Shown here one piece after another: positions 18,202 to 27,150 of a DNA stretch of 64,000 bases. Source of the DNA: Acidobacteriota bacterium (GTDB lineage: Bacteria; Acidobacteriota; Thermoanaerobaculia; Multivoradales; UBA5704); the NCBI GenBank assembly GCA_040005235.1, contig JBDTZG010000001.1:64001-128000 (forward strand). Direction: 5' to 3'. The position numbers were made by a program, and so were the translations under genes. A model generated the notes under the pieces. That model ran no database searches and was not told where the DNA came from. It saw only the letters and a program-made list of their open reading frames with translations. The number at the start of each line of letters is the position of its first letter. The stretch's first letter is position 1.

Positions 18202-20102
18202 GCTCGTTTGCGTTCTTCTGGCGCTACGTCCGGCGCTATACCGGCTGGGCGGTGCTTGCGGGCGTCGGCATTGTGACGTTCGCCGCCGCCACCGGCGGCA
18301 TCGTCTCGCTGATCGAACCGGTGTTCGGCGAGGTGCTGCTGGCCAAGGAAGGTGCCCCCGCCGTGTTCGGGGTGCAGATCGGTCAACCGAAAGAAGGCGG
18401 CCCGAAGGACGACTCTGCGGCGCAACGCCCCAGCGCGACTCCCGATTGGCTGAAAGGTCTGCAACGCAAGCTCGACCTGGAGCACAAGATCCAGAAGAGC
18501 TACGAGTCGCTCAAGCGGAACTTGGGGATCGGCGACCGCGAGGTCATCTGGTTCGTGCCGCTCCTGTTCGTCCTGGTGTTCCTGCTCCGGAGCTTGTCGG
18601 ATTTTCTCGCCGGCTATTCGTTCCAGCACATCGGCTTGGGGGTCACCACCAACATTCGGAACGATCTCTACCGGCGCATCCTGGAGCAGTCGAGCCGCTT
18701 CCACGCCGAGCACCCCTCGGGCGAGCTGGTGGCGCGGGTGATCAACGACGTCGCGATGATGCAGAGCGCGGTGTCGAACCGGCTGCTCGACCTTTTCCAG
18801 CAGTCGCTCACCCTGGTCGTGCTGCTCGGACTGCTGCTTTCCACCCATTTGAAGCTCGCGATGATCTGCCTGATCGTGGCTCCGGTGCTGGTCTATCCGA
18901 TCATCCGATTCGGCCGCGGCATGAGGAAGACCAGCCATCGCAGCCAGGAGAGGATGGCCGATCTCGCGAGCCTGATGAACGAGGGCATCCGCGGCCATCG
19001 GGTGGTGAAGGCGTTCGGCATGGAGGATTTCGAGCTCGGCCGGTTCGAGGTCGCGACCCGCCGCCATCTGCGCACCAACCTGCGCGCCCAGCTGCTTTCC
19101 AACGCCTCCGGGCCGGTGGTCGAATCGATCGCGGTGATCGGCGCCGCCGCGCTCCTGATCTACGCCGGCCGCGCGATCCGCGCGGGCGAGCTGACCGCTC
19201 CGGAGCTGATCAAGTTCCTGACTACCGCTCTGATGATGTACGACCCGATCCGCAAGCTGAACAAGGTGAACCTGGTCCTCCAAGAGGCGCTCGCCGCCGG
19301 CCAGCGGGCGGTGCGCCTGCTCGCGATTCCCGACGAGGTGCAGGAGAAGCCGAACGCCCAGGTGATTGACGGCGTGCGCGACCGGATCCGTTTCGAGGGG
19401 GTCGAGTTCGCCTACCAGGACCGGCCGGTGCTGGTCCATCTGGATCTCGAAATCCGCCGCGGCGAGCTGGTCGCCCTGGTCGGCCCTTCGGGCGCGGGCA
19501 AATCGACGCTGGTAAACCTGCTGCCCCGTTTCTTCGATCCGGTCGCAGGGCGCGTGACGCTCGACGGCGTCGATCTGCGCGATTTGACCCTCGCCTCGCT
19601 GCGCGCCCAAATCGGCATCGTCACCCAGGACACCCTGCTATTCAACGACACGGTGCGCAACAACATCGCCTACGGCCGCTCCGATCTCCCGATCGAGCGC
19701 GTACGCGCGGCGGCGACGGCGGCCTACGCCGACGAATTCGTCCGCGAGATGCCCGAGGGGTACGACACGGTGATCGGCGAATCGGGCAGCCGCCTGTCCG
19801 GCGGCCAGCGGCAGAGGCTCGCGATCGCCCGCGCGCTGCTTAAAGACGCGCCGATTTTGATCCTCGACGAGGCGACCTCGCACCTCGACACCGAGTCCGA
19901 GGTGCTGGTGCAAAAGGCGCTCTACAACCTGATGCAGGGCCGCACCACACTGGTGATCGCCCACCGGCTGTCGACGGTGACCAAGGCCGACCGGATCATC
20001 GTGCTCGAAGGAGGGCGGATCGTCGAGGAGGGCTCGCACGCCGCGCTGCTGGCGCGCGCGGGGTCGTACAAGCGCCTCTACGACCTGCAATTCCAGGTGT
20101 GA
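18198..20102 (+). CDS. msbA: MsbA-like ABC exporter (fused permease and ATPase)
   Basis: TMD plus GPSGAGKST, LSGGQRQR, ILDEATS; directly after lpxB. Confidence 0.88.
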   Translation: MSSFAFFWRYVRRYTGWAVLAGVGIVTFAAATGGIVSLIEPVFGEVLLAKEGAPAVFGVQIGQPKEGGPKDDSAAQRPSATPDWLKGLQRKLDLEHKIQKSYESLKRNLGIGDREVIWFVPLLFVLVFLLRSLSDFLAGYSFQHIGLGVTTNIRNDLYRRILEQSSRFHAEHPSGELVARVINDVAMMQSAVSNRLLDLFQQSLTLVVLLGLLLSTHLKLAMICLIVAPVLVYPIIRFGRGMRKTSHRSQERMADLASLMNEGIRGHRVVKAFGMEDFELGRFEVATRRHLRTNLRAQLLSNASGPVVESIAVIGAAALLIYAGRAIRAGELTAPELIKFLTTALMMYDPIRKLNKVNLVLQEALAAGQRAVRLLAIPDEVQEKPNAQVIDGVRDRIRFEGVEFAYQDRPVLVHLDLEIRRGELVALVGPSGAGKSTLVNLLPRFFDPVAGRVTLDGVDLRDLTLASLRAQIGIVTQDTLLFNDTVRNNIAYGRSDLPIERVRAAATAAYADEFVREMPEGYDTVIGESGSRLSGGQRQRLAIARALLKDAPILILDEATSHLDTESEVLVQKALYNLMQGRTTLVIAHRLSTVTKADRIIVLEGGRIVEEGSHAALLARAGSYKRLYDLQFQV

Positions 20103-20800
20103 GCAACGAGCCCGTTTCCGTTCGCACGAGCGGCTCCGAGCGGAGCGAGCGCCCCGACCGAAGCGACCGCAGGGTTGGACCGATCTCGTGGCTCGCCGCG
20201 ATGTTCATCCGGGCGCTCCGCGCCACCTGCCGGTTGGACTACCGAAACGACGGCGAGATCCGGCGCCGCGAGCAGGCCGGCGAACGTTTCCTGCTCGGGT
20301 TCTGGCATCGGCATCTGTTGCTGATGCCGTACGGCTATCGCGGCCAGAAGATCTCTGTCCTGATTTCGAGCAGCCGGGACGGCGAGCTGATCGCGCGCAC
20401 CGTCTCCCGGCTCGGCATCGATGCGAGCCGCGGCTCGACCACGCGGGGCGGCGCGGCGGGGTTGCGCGAGCTGCTGCGCAAGGCCAAGGCGGGCTTCGAT
20501 ATCGCGTTCACCCCCGACGGCCCGAAAGGGCCGAGGGGTAAAGTCCAGGCCGGCACGCTGCTCGCCGCCGCGGCGACCGGCTTTCCGATCGTCCCGGTAG
20601 GGCTCGCGGCAAGTCGCGCGAAACTGCTGCGTTCGTGGGACCGGTTCGTGGTGCCCTGGCCGTTTTCGCGCGTCGTCTTCGTCTACGGCGAACCGCTCGA
20701 AGTCGAGCGCGGCGCGCCGCTCGAACTGTACGGCGAAGAGCTGGAACGCCGGCTCGACGCCTGCGAAGCCGAGGCGGAACGAATCGTCAATCGACGTTGA
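20099..20800 (+). CDS. DUF374 lysophospholipid acyltransferase family protein
   Basis: FWH, ISSSRDGE, RGSTTRGG, TPDGPKGP, SWDRF.VP.PF. Confidence 0.9.
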   Translation: MSNEPVSVRTSGSERSERPDRSDRRVGPISWLAAMFIRALRATCRLDYRNDGEIRRREQAGERFLLGFWHRHLLLMPYGYRGQKISVLISSSRDGELIARTVSRLGIDASRGSTTRGGAAGLRELLRKAKAGFDIAFTPDGPKGPRGKVQAGTLLAAAATGFPIVPVGLAASRAKLLRSWDRFVVPWPFSRVVFVYGEPLEVERGAPLELYGEELERRLDACEAEAERIVNRR

Positions 20801-20802
20801 AT

Positions 20803-20829
20803 GTAGGGGCGGCCCCCCGTGGCCGCCCG
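20803..20829 (+). repeat. GTAG-type REP-like palindrome
   Basis: GTAGGGGCGGCCCCCCGTGGCCGCCC: GTAG followed by a GGGCGGCC/GGCCGCCC stem. Confidence 0.5.
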
Positions 20830-20846
20830 CCTTGAGGAGAATCACC

Positions 20847-21731
20847 ATGCGCAGCATGACCGGATCGGGCCAGGCGACGGCGGAGAACGCACGTTACGCG
20901 ATCACCGCGACGCTCCGCGGCGTCAACCACAAAATGCTCGATGTCCAGGTACGGCTCGACGAGGCGTATCGAGCGATGGAGCCCGACCTCCGCGAGCTGC
21001 TCGCGGCCCAGCTGCAACGCGGCCGGGTGGAGCTGCGGCTCGATGTCCGGTCGCTCGGGACGATCCCCGCCGAGGTGAAGATCAACCCGGGCATCGTCGA
21101 GGCGGCGCAGGCCGCGGTGCGCGATCTCGCCGCCCGCGGCTGGGTGACCGGCGAGCTTTCTGCCGGCGATCTCCTCCGCCTGCCCGAGGCGTTCAAAGTC
21201 GAGGTGGCGGCCCGCGACTGGACCGACGACGACCGCGAGCTGCTGCGCGAGACGACCCGGGCGGCGCTCGCCCAATTGGTGGCGGCGCGCGCCCTCGAAG
21301 GAGGCAAACTCCGCGCCGTGCTGATCGGCCGTCTCGGCGAGCTGGGCGAACGGATCGCCCGGATCGACGCGCTCCGCGGTCCCGTCCTCGCCGAAGCCAA
21401 AGCCGCGCTCGACCGCCGGCTCACCGAGCTGCTCGAAGCGGCGGGAGCGGCACTCGATCCCGCGCGCCTCGCCCAAGAAGCTGCGATCCTCGCCGACCGT
21501 AGCGACGTTTCCGAAGAGATCGACCGCCTCCACGCCCACCTCGAACACTTCCGCGAGCTCGCAGAAGGCGACGCCGCGGTCGGCAAGCGCCTCGACTTCC
21601 TCACCCAAGAGATCTTCCGCGAGCTGAACACCCTGGGCGCCAAATGCCGCCACCCGGAGGTGGTCCGCATCGCACTCGACGCCAAGGTGCTGTGCGAGCA
21701 GATTCGCGAGCAGGTGCAGAATGTGGAGTAG
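20847..21731 (+). CDS. yicC: YicC/YloC family endoribonuclease
   Basis: MRSMTG, DVSEEIDRL.AH, GKRLDFLTQEIFRELNTLGAK, EQIREQVQNVE. Confidence 0.95.
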   Translation: MRSMTGSGQATAENARYAITATLRGVNHKMLDVQVRLDEAYRAMEPDLRELLAAQLQRGRVELRLDVRSLGTIPAEVKINPGIVEAAQAAVRDLAARGWVTGELSAGDLLRLPEAFKVEVAARDWTDDDRELLRETTRAALAQLVAARALEGGKLRAVLIGRLGELGERIARIDALRGPVLAEAKAALDRRLTELLEAAGAALDPARLAQEAAILADRSDVSEEIDRLHAHLEHFRELAEGDAAVGKRLDFLTQEIFRELNTLGAKCRHPEVVRIALDAKVLCEQIREQVQNVE

Positions 21732-21747
21732 GGGGGCGGACGTTGAC

Positions 21748-21782
21748 TTGCCACCTCGGGACCGGATTGGCTAGTCTAGCCA
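21748..21782 (+). promoter_or_regulatory. TA promoter with palindromic operator
   Basis: TTGCCA-N18-TAGTCT; perfect inverted repeat TGGCTAG-T-CTAGCCA (21768-21782) over the -10; ATG 6 nt after the -10. Confidence 0.65.
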
Positions 21783-21783
21783 T

Positions 21784-22083
21784 ATGAAGACAGCTACTCT
21801 CACCGAAACGAAGAACCACCTCAGCGCACTGATCGATCAAGTCCGTCACGGTGAGACCATACTGATTCTCGATCGGGGTCGTGCCGTGGCACGGCTGGCA
21901 TCCGTGCTGTCTGAGGAAAGCAATTCTCCGGAAGGGCGGATTGACCGCCTGGAGCGGCAAGGACTCCTGCATCGCGCTCAGGCGCCCAAGCCCCCGGATC
22001 TCTTCGCTCGGCCGAGGCCGCAGGCGCGCGACGGCGTGAGCGTTCTCGACGTCCTTTTGGAGGAACGCAGGAGCGACCGGTGA
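21784..22083 (+). CDS. vapB: Phd/YefM-family antitoxin
   Basis: TETKNHLSALIDQVRHGETILILDRGRAVARL; GTGA overlap with the PIN gene. Confidence 0.9.
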   Translation: MKTATLTETKNHLSALIDQVRHGETILILDRGRAVARLASVLSEESNSPEGRIDRLERQGLLHRAQAPKPPDLFARPRPQARDGVSVLDVLLEERRSDR

Positions 22084-22514
22084 GATTTTGGGACAGCTCC
22101 TCCCTGGTGCCGCTGCTGGTTACCGAAGCCACGAGCGAGGCCTTGCAAACCCTGTTTCAGGATGACCAGGGTGTCACGGTGTGGTGGGGCACGGAGGTCG
22201 AGTGTTCCTCCGCGGTGGCACGGCTCGAACGGATGGGTAAGATTACCCCCGACGAGGCAAGCGATGTGTTTCAGCAGGTCCAAGAGATTGCCAAGGTCTG
22301 GAACGTGATCGATCCGGTGGAGTCGATCCGCGTATCCGCCAAGCGATTTCTCCGCGTCCACGACCTCCGCGCCTCGGATTCGCTGCAACTTGCGGCCGCA
22401 TTTCTCGCGGCAGAAGGCCGTCCCGCCAGCCTGGAAGTCGTCTGTCTGGATGACCGACTCGTAACCGCCTCTCGGAAAGAGGGCTTCAAGGTCATCGACC
22501 GTTCGGCCTTGTAG
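22080..22514 (+). CDS. vapC: VapC PIN-domain toxin
   Basis: FWDSSSLVPL, EVE, LRASDSLQLAAA, CLDDRL; acidic catalytic residues intact. Confidence 0.92.
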   Translation: MRFWDSSSLVPLLVTEATSEALQTLFQDDQGVTVWWGTEVECSSAVARLERMGKITPDEASDVFQQVQEIAKVWNVIDPVESIRVSAKRFLRVHDLRASDSLQLAAAFLAAEGRPASLEVVCLDDRLVTASRKEGFKVIDRSAL

Positions 22515-22776
22515 GCGCGACCGTTTTGGCGAGGTCCTCAAGGTCGCGTCGGAGTTCGGACGCCTAGAAAACCAGGTCGCCCTGGCCAGAGTCAATCGAG
22601 AGACGTACGAGTCTTGGTTCGGAGGTTCCATCGCCCCGCGACCCGCCGGGAACCGTTCCCTCCCTCCGCCGGTCCAATCCGCAGGAGGTGCCTAACGCCG
22701 AATCGCGCCGCACCTCCGACACCGCCGGTTTCGTTTTGCCAAGGGCCGGTGTCCAACGTAGCGGAAGGAGGTTCCC

Positions 22777-23544
22777 ATGTTCGAGACCTCGTTGATCGAC
22801 ATCCAGAAACCCCGTCGCACCCCGCGTATTTTGGCCACTTCGGCCGGTATTCACTTCGCAATCTTCGCCACGGTGGCGAGCGCCGCTTACTGGCAGATCG
22901 GCCAAGTGGCCGCACCGATGGAAGTCATGAGTCCGATTCATTTGGTGCTGCCGCCTCCACCTCCGAGCGCCGGCACCCGGGTCCGGCCCCAGACTCCGCC
23001 GAAGCCGGCGGCTCCCGTCAAGGAGACCGTGCAGCCGAAGGCCGAGGACGTGGCAGAGGACATTCCGAAGGCCCCCGTTCTGACCACTCCGACCACTCCG
23101 ACCGCGCCGAGCGCTCCCGTGGACCCGAATGCGAATTCGGAATCGGACAGCGGCCGGAACACCTCCGGCGGACCCGGAACCGGCGACGGACCGAACTACG
23201 GCTTGGACGGCCCCAGTCATGGGGAGTTGACGGGACCGGGGGTGGTGAGCGACCAGCCCTTCAAGCTCACCGGCGCGATTGCGCGGCCGGTGCTGGTCTC
23301 CCGGGTCGAGCCGCTCTATCCGGAGACCGCTCGCCGGTTGCACCAGGGGGGCACGGTGATCCTCCAGACCGTGATCGACGAGAGCGGCCGGGTGATTGAC
23401 GTCGAAGTGGTCAAGGGTCTTGGCTTCGGGTTGCAGCAGGCGGCGATCGACGCGGTTTCGAAGTGGCGCTTCCAGCCCGCGACGATGAATGGCCGAGCGG
23501 TCAAGGTGTTCTTCAACCTGACGGTGCAGTTCTCGCTGAACTAG
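22777..23544 (+). CDS. tonB: TonB-family energy transducer
   Basis: TM with S.GIH, Pro-rich linker, TonB_C domain (P.YPETARR...GTVILQTVIDESG...WRFQPA). Confidence 0.88.
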   Translation: MFETSLIDIQKPRRTPRILATSAGIHFAIFATVASAAYWQIGQVAAPMEVMSPIHLVLPPPPPSAGTRVRPQTPPKPAAPVKETVQPKAEDVAEDIPKAPVLTTPTTPTAPSAPVDPNANSESDSGRNTSGGPGTGDGPNYGLDGPSHGELTGPGVVSDQPFKLTGAIARPVLVSRVEPLYPETARRLHQGGTVILQTVIDESGRVIDVEVVKGLGFGLQQAAIDAVSKWRFQPATMNGRAVKVFFNLTVQFSLN

Positions 23545-23553
23545 ACCCGGGAT

Positions 23554-23644
23554 AAGGGGCGGCCCCACGGAGGACCGCCCCTTGCGCTTTCTCGGCCCTT
23601 GCTGGTAAAGACGGGGCGTCTCTTGCCGCGAGACGCCCCTTTTC
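23554..23644 (+). terminator. two tandem GC hairpins (terminator-like) after tonB
   Basis: AAGGGGCGG/CCGCCCCTT stem (23554-23583), then GGGGCGTCTC/GAGACGCCCC stem plus TTTTT (23613-23644). Confidence 0.55.
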
Positions 23645-23645
23645 C

Positions 23646-24779
23646 ATGTCCGCAACTGCACCGCTCCCGCCGGCCCGCGTCCTGCTCTCCTGGGGCGAGC
23701 GGGTGTTCGCCCTCGCTCTGCTCGCGGTGGGCGTGGCGTTCGGAGGTGCGCTCGTGCCGCGCGCACCTTTGCCGTTGCCGGCCGTCCAGCGTGCCCGGGC
23801 GGCGCTTCAGGCGGCTCGCGTCGCCTCTGCCGGTCGGACCTCGCCGGAGCTGACGCGCGCCGAGGAGTCGGCGCGGCAGCTCGAATCGCGCTGGGCCGAA
23901 GAGGCCGCCGTGCGCTGGCGGCCGAAGCGGAGCGACGAGATCGCGAGCCTCGCGGCCGAGACCGAGGCGGCGGCGCAGGTTGCGAGCGGCGCGATGGCGA
24001 CCGAACGGATGCGCTTGGTGAATCAGCTCGGACCTCGGCTGCGCGAGGCGGAGGACCGGTTGGACGCCGCCGAGAGCGCCGTCGCCACCGACCGCGAGCT
24101 GCGCGCCGCGGCCCAGACCGCGCGGGTCGACCTTGCCGCAGCGAACGACGCCGCCGGGCGCGGCGATCTGGCCGCCGCGGAGTCGCTGCTCGCCTCGGCG
24201 TCCACCGCGCTCGAAGAGCTAGATCGGCGCCTCGACCGGCGCGAAGAGCGGCTCTCCGATCCCGCCTGGAAGCGGCGTTGGCAAACCTGGGTGGACGAGA
24301 CGATCGCGGGGACGGTGCCGGACGGCCATGCCGTGGTGGTCGACAAGGCGCGCCACCGCGGTTTCCTGGTGCGCGGCGGCCGGGTGGTTCTCGGTTTTCC
24401 TGTGGAGCTCGGCGCCCGCGGCATGCTGCGGAAGCTCTGGGAAGGAGATGGCGCCACCCCCGAAGGGCGCTATTCGATCACCGCCAAGAAGGACCTCGGC
24501 GCGAGCCTTTACCACCGCGCGCTGCTGCTCGACTATCCGAACGCGAGCGACCGGCGCGACCATGACGAGGCGGTGCGGCGCGGCTTGGTTTCCGGCCGCC
24601 GCGGGCCGGGCGGGCTGATCGAGATCCACGGCGACGGCGGGCGCGGCCAGGACTGGACCAACGGCTGCGTGGCGCTCTCCGACGCCGATATCGACCGGCT
24701 GTTTCCCAAGGTCGAGGTCGGTACCGTCGTGACCCTCGTCCCCACCGCGATCCTGCGCGAGGCGCCGGGCAGCCGATGA
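23646..24779 (+). CDS. L,D-transpeptidase (YkuD) with coiled-coil stalk
   Basis: VVDKARH, EGDGATPEGRY, LDYPN, IEIHG...WTNGCVAL. Confidence 0.88.
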   Translation: MSATAPLPPARVLLSWGERVFALALLAVGVAFGGALVPRAPLPLPAVQRARAALQAARVASAGRTSPELTRAEESARQLESRWAEEAAVRWRPKRSDEIASLAAETEAAAQVASGAMATERMRLVNQLGPRLREAEDRLDAAESAVATDRELRAAAQTARVDLAAANDAAGRGDLAAAESLLASASTALEELDRRLDRREERLSDPAWKRRWQTWVDETIAGTVPDGHAVVVDKARHRGFLVRGGRVVLGFPVELGARGMLRKLWEGDGATPEGRYSITAKKDLGASLYHRALLLDYPNASDRRDHDEAVRRGLVSGRRGPGGLIEIHGDGGRGQDWTNGCVALSDADIDRLFPKVEVGTVVTLVPTAILREAPGSR

Positions 24780-24789
24780 GAATCTTGCG

Positions 24790-25593
24790 ATGAGACCCGA
24801 CCCGACGAGATCCGCTTCCTTGGGGTTGGAACCCTTGGGATCGATTGCCGAGGTCCTCGACCCGGAGCGGGAAGCGCCTGCGCTCGATACGCTCCTGGTG
24901 CCCACCCTTTCCCAGGATCGAGGGTGGGCGGCGGTCGGCCGGCGGCGGTTCCACCTGTCCGACCTACCCGATTTGCGCCGCCTGATCGGCCCGCTCGCGC
25001 TGGCGGCGCTGGTCGCGCTGCTGCTCGGGCTCGGCTTTGGTTTCTCCTACGGGGATCTCTCCGCGATGCCGCTGCCGAGCCGCGTCACGCTCGCCGCGGC
25101 GAGTCCGCGCGCGCTCGCCAGGGCCGGCCAGAAGCTCGCGGCCGGCGCGCCGCACGGTGTGCGCATCGAGGTCGACACGATCGCCAACCGGCTGTTTTTG
25201 AAGCAGGGGGACAAGATCCTCCGCGAGGCGGTCTGCTCGACCGGCACCGGCGGCTTGTTGGTCGATCCCCACTCCGGGCGGCGCTGGGTGTTCGAGACGC
25301 CGCACGGCGTCCACCGCGTGCTCGACAAGAAGAAAGACCCGATCTGGAACAAGCCCGACTGGGCGTTCGTCGAAGAGGGGACGCCGATCCCCAAGAACGA
25401 AGCCGAGCGGCTCGACCCCTATTCGCTCGGCGATTACGCGCTCTATCTGGGCGGCGGCTATCTGATCCACGGCACGCTCTACCAGCGGCTGCTCGGCCGC
25501 AGCGTCACCCACGGCTGCATCCGCCTCGGCGACGAGGATCTGGCGGCGATCTTCAAAGCGACCCCGGTGGGCTCGCGGGTCTACATCTATTGA
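24790..25593 (+). CDS. L,D-transpeptidase (YkuD)
   Basis: TM, CSTG, FETPHG, PIW.KPDWAF, YLIHGT...VTHGCIRL; start uncertain. Confidence 0.9.
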   Translation: MRPDPTRSASLGLEPLGSIAEVLDPEREAPALDTLLVPTLSQDRGWAAVGRRRFHLSDLPDLRRLIGPLALAALVALLLGLGFGFSYGDLSAMPLPSRVTLAAASPRALARAGQKLAAGAPHGVRIEVDTIANRLFLKQGDKILREAVCSTGTGGLLVDPHSGRRWVFETPHGVHRVLDKKKDPIWNKPDWAFVEEGTPIPKNEAERLDPYSLGDYALYLGGGYLIHGTLYQRLLGRSVTHGCIRLGDEDLAAIFKATPVGSRVYIY

Positions 25594-25603
25594 GCGGGCC
25601 GCT

Positions 25604-26464
25604 GTGACCGGCGTTTATCGGACCAGTGGCGGGCGCGGGCCGCGTCTTTCCCGACTTCCGGAGTTTCGCTGGACGGCGGGACGGCGCTGGGCGCTCGTCC
25701 TCTTGCTCGTGGCGCTCCTGGCTCTCGCCTTGAGTGCGGGGGCTCCGGCAGGTGCCGGAGGCGGCTCGGCCGTCCCGTTCGCCCTCGGCGCGCCGCCCAG
25801 CGCCGAGGAGCAGGCGGCGGCGCTCGCCGCCGAGATCGCCGCGGCCAAGACGCACGCGATCTATCTCGCGCTCGATCCGCGCAGCGGCCATCTCGATCTC
25901 AAAGTGGACGGGCTGCTGCTGCGCCGCTTCGCCGTCGAGCGCGGTCTGTTCGGCCGGCCGCGCTTCAGCGGCGGGGGAGGGCTCGCGGCCGATCGCTTCC
26001 GGCTGGTCACCGAGCTGCCCGAGCCGGAACGGCCGTTGATCCCGATCCGTTCGCCCGAAGGGGCGGGCGCCGGATCGAGCAGCCTCGCGGTCTCCGAGGC
26101 GCGGGCCGAATCGATGGCCCAGATGCCCACCCACTACCGGCTACGGTTCGAGCCGCCGCTGGAGCTTTCGGTGCGCGGCGAAAGCGGGGTCGCGACCCCC
26201 GACGAATCCGCGCTCGATGGCCTTTGGCGCCTGCGCTTCCGGCTTTATGAAGGGTGGCAGGCGGTCGGTCATCGCCTGATCGGCCAGGCGGTGCCGCCGC
26301 GGATCGTGCTCTATCTCGCGCCCGAGGCGGCGCAACGGCTGTTCATGACGCTCGACCCCGCGATGCAGCTGGTGATCGCGGCGCCGCCGGTCCCCGCGGT
26401 GGCCCCAGGGGCCCTTGGGGTCCCCGAGGTGCCGAGGGCGGCCCCTTCGGTTCCGGCGCGTTAG
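25604..26464 (+). CDS. YkuD-like protein lacking the catalytic His/Cys
   Basis: TM, IYLALDPRSGHLDLKVDGLLLRRF and a YkuD-like C-terminus, but no HG or GC motif. Confidence 0.6.
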   Translation: MTGVYRTSGGRGPRLSRLPEFRWTAGRRWALVLLLVALLALALSAGAPAGAGGGSAVPFALGAPPSAEEQAAALAAEIAAAKTHAIYLALDPRSGHLDLKVDGLLLRRFAVERGLFGRPRFSGGGGLAADRFRLVTELPEPERPLIPIRSPEGAGAGSSSLAVSEARAESMAQMPTHYRLRFEPPLELSVRGESGVATPDESALDGLWRLRFRLYEGWQAVGHRLIGQAVPPRIVLYLAPEAAQRLFMTLDPAMQLVIAAPPVPAVAPGALGVPEVPRAAPSVPAR

Positions 26465-27044
26465 GCAGGCGCGGCTCGCGCGCGTCTTTTCCCGGAGGCC
26501 GCCCTTCGCGCTTCGGCGCCGGCTCCTCGGGCTCCGAGCTGAAGAACGTCGCCAGCGCGTGGAGCAGACGGCCGAGCGCCCGGTTGATCGGGTGGGTCCG
26601 GGGCAGGAACGACAGCGTCGGCTGCCGACGTAGGCCGAGCTTCTTCTGAAGCGCCTGGAGCTGCTTGTCGTTGCGGTCGACCCGCAACCCTTCGCGCAAC
26701 GTCCGGTAGGCGCCCGAGCGGTCGTTGGCGAGCAGCTGGGTGCGCGCCAGGTTCAGGTGGTTTTCCGGCTCGAACAGTTGCAGGCGGACGGCATGGCGGC
26801 AGAGCGCGAGCCCCTCGTCGACCCGTCCCTCCTTGAGCGCCAGGCCGTATCCGAGAAACGAGAAGACGATCCCCGGCAGCGCGCCGCGCTCGGCGCTCGC
26901 CGCCGCCTGCGCCAAATGGGAGACCCCGCCGGTCCAATCCCCCCGGCGGCACTGCTCGATCCCCTGAAGCGCCTGCTGAAATTCCGGCGAACGCACGGCG
27001 CGCGCACGACCTGAAGCCCCGAGACTGCCGATCCACGAGCTCAT
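26343..27044 (-). CDS. TPR-containing protein
   Basis: SFLGYGLA...EGLALCRHAV...PENHLNLAR TPR helices; the 3' end overlaps the convergent gene. Confidence 0.75.
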   Translation of the reverse strand: MSSWIGSLGASGRARAVRSPEFQQALQGIEQCRRGDWTGGVSHLAQAAASAERGALPGIVFSFLGYGLALKEGRVDEGLALCRHAVRLQLFEPENHLNLARTQLLANDRSGAYRTLREGLRVDRNDKQLQALQKKLGLRRQPTLSFLPRTHPINRALGRLLHALATFFSSEPEEPAPKREGRPPGKDAREPRLPNAPEPKGPPSAPRGPQGPLGPPRGPAAPRSPAASRGRAS

Positions 27045-27150
27045 CTTCGGCAAATGTACAAAAATCTATGAGTTGGCGCAATCGCCTGCCGCCGAAAAGC
27101 CCGCCTCTCGGCCCGGTTCCCCTGGTACAATCGGAGCGAGCTTAACCGCC

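Noticed and set aside
26343-26464. Convergent gene overlaps (also 33305..33358)
   Set aside because: These are low-complexity C-terminal read-through tails common in GC-rich genomes, with no evidence of function.
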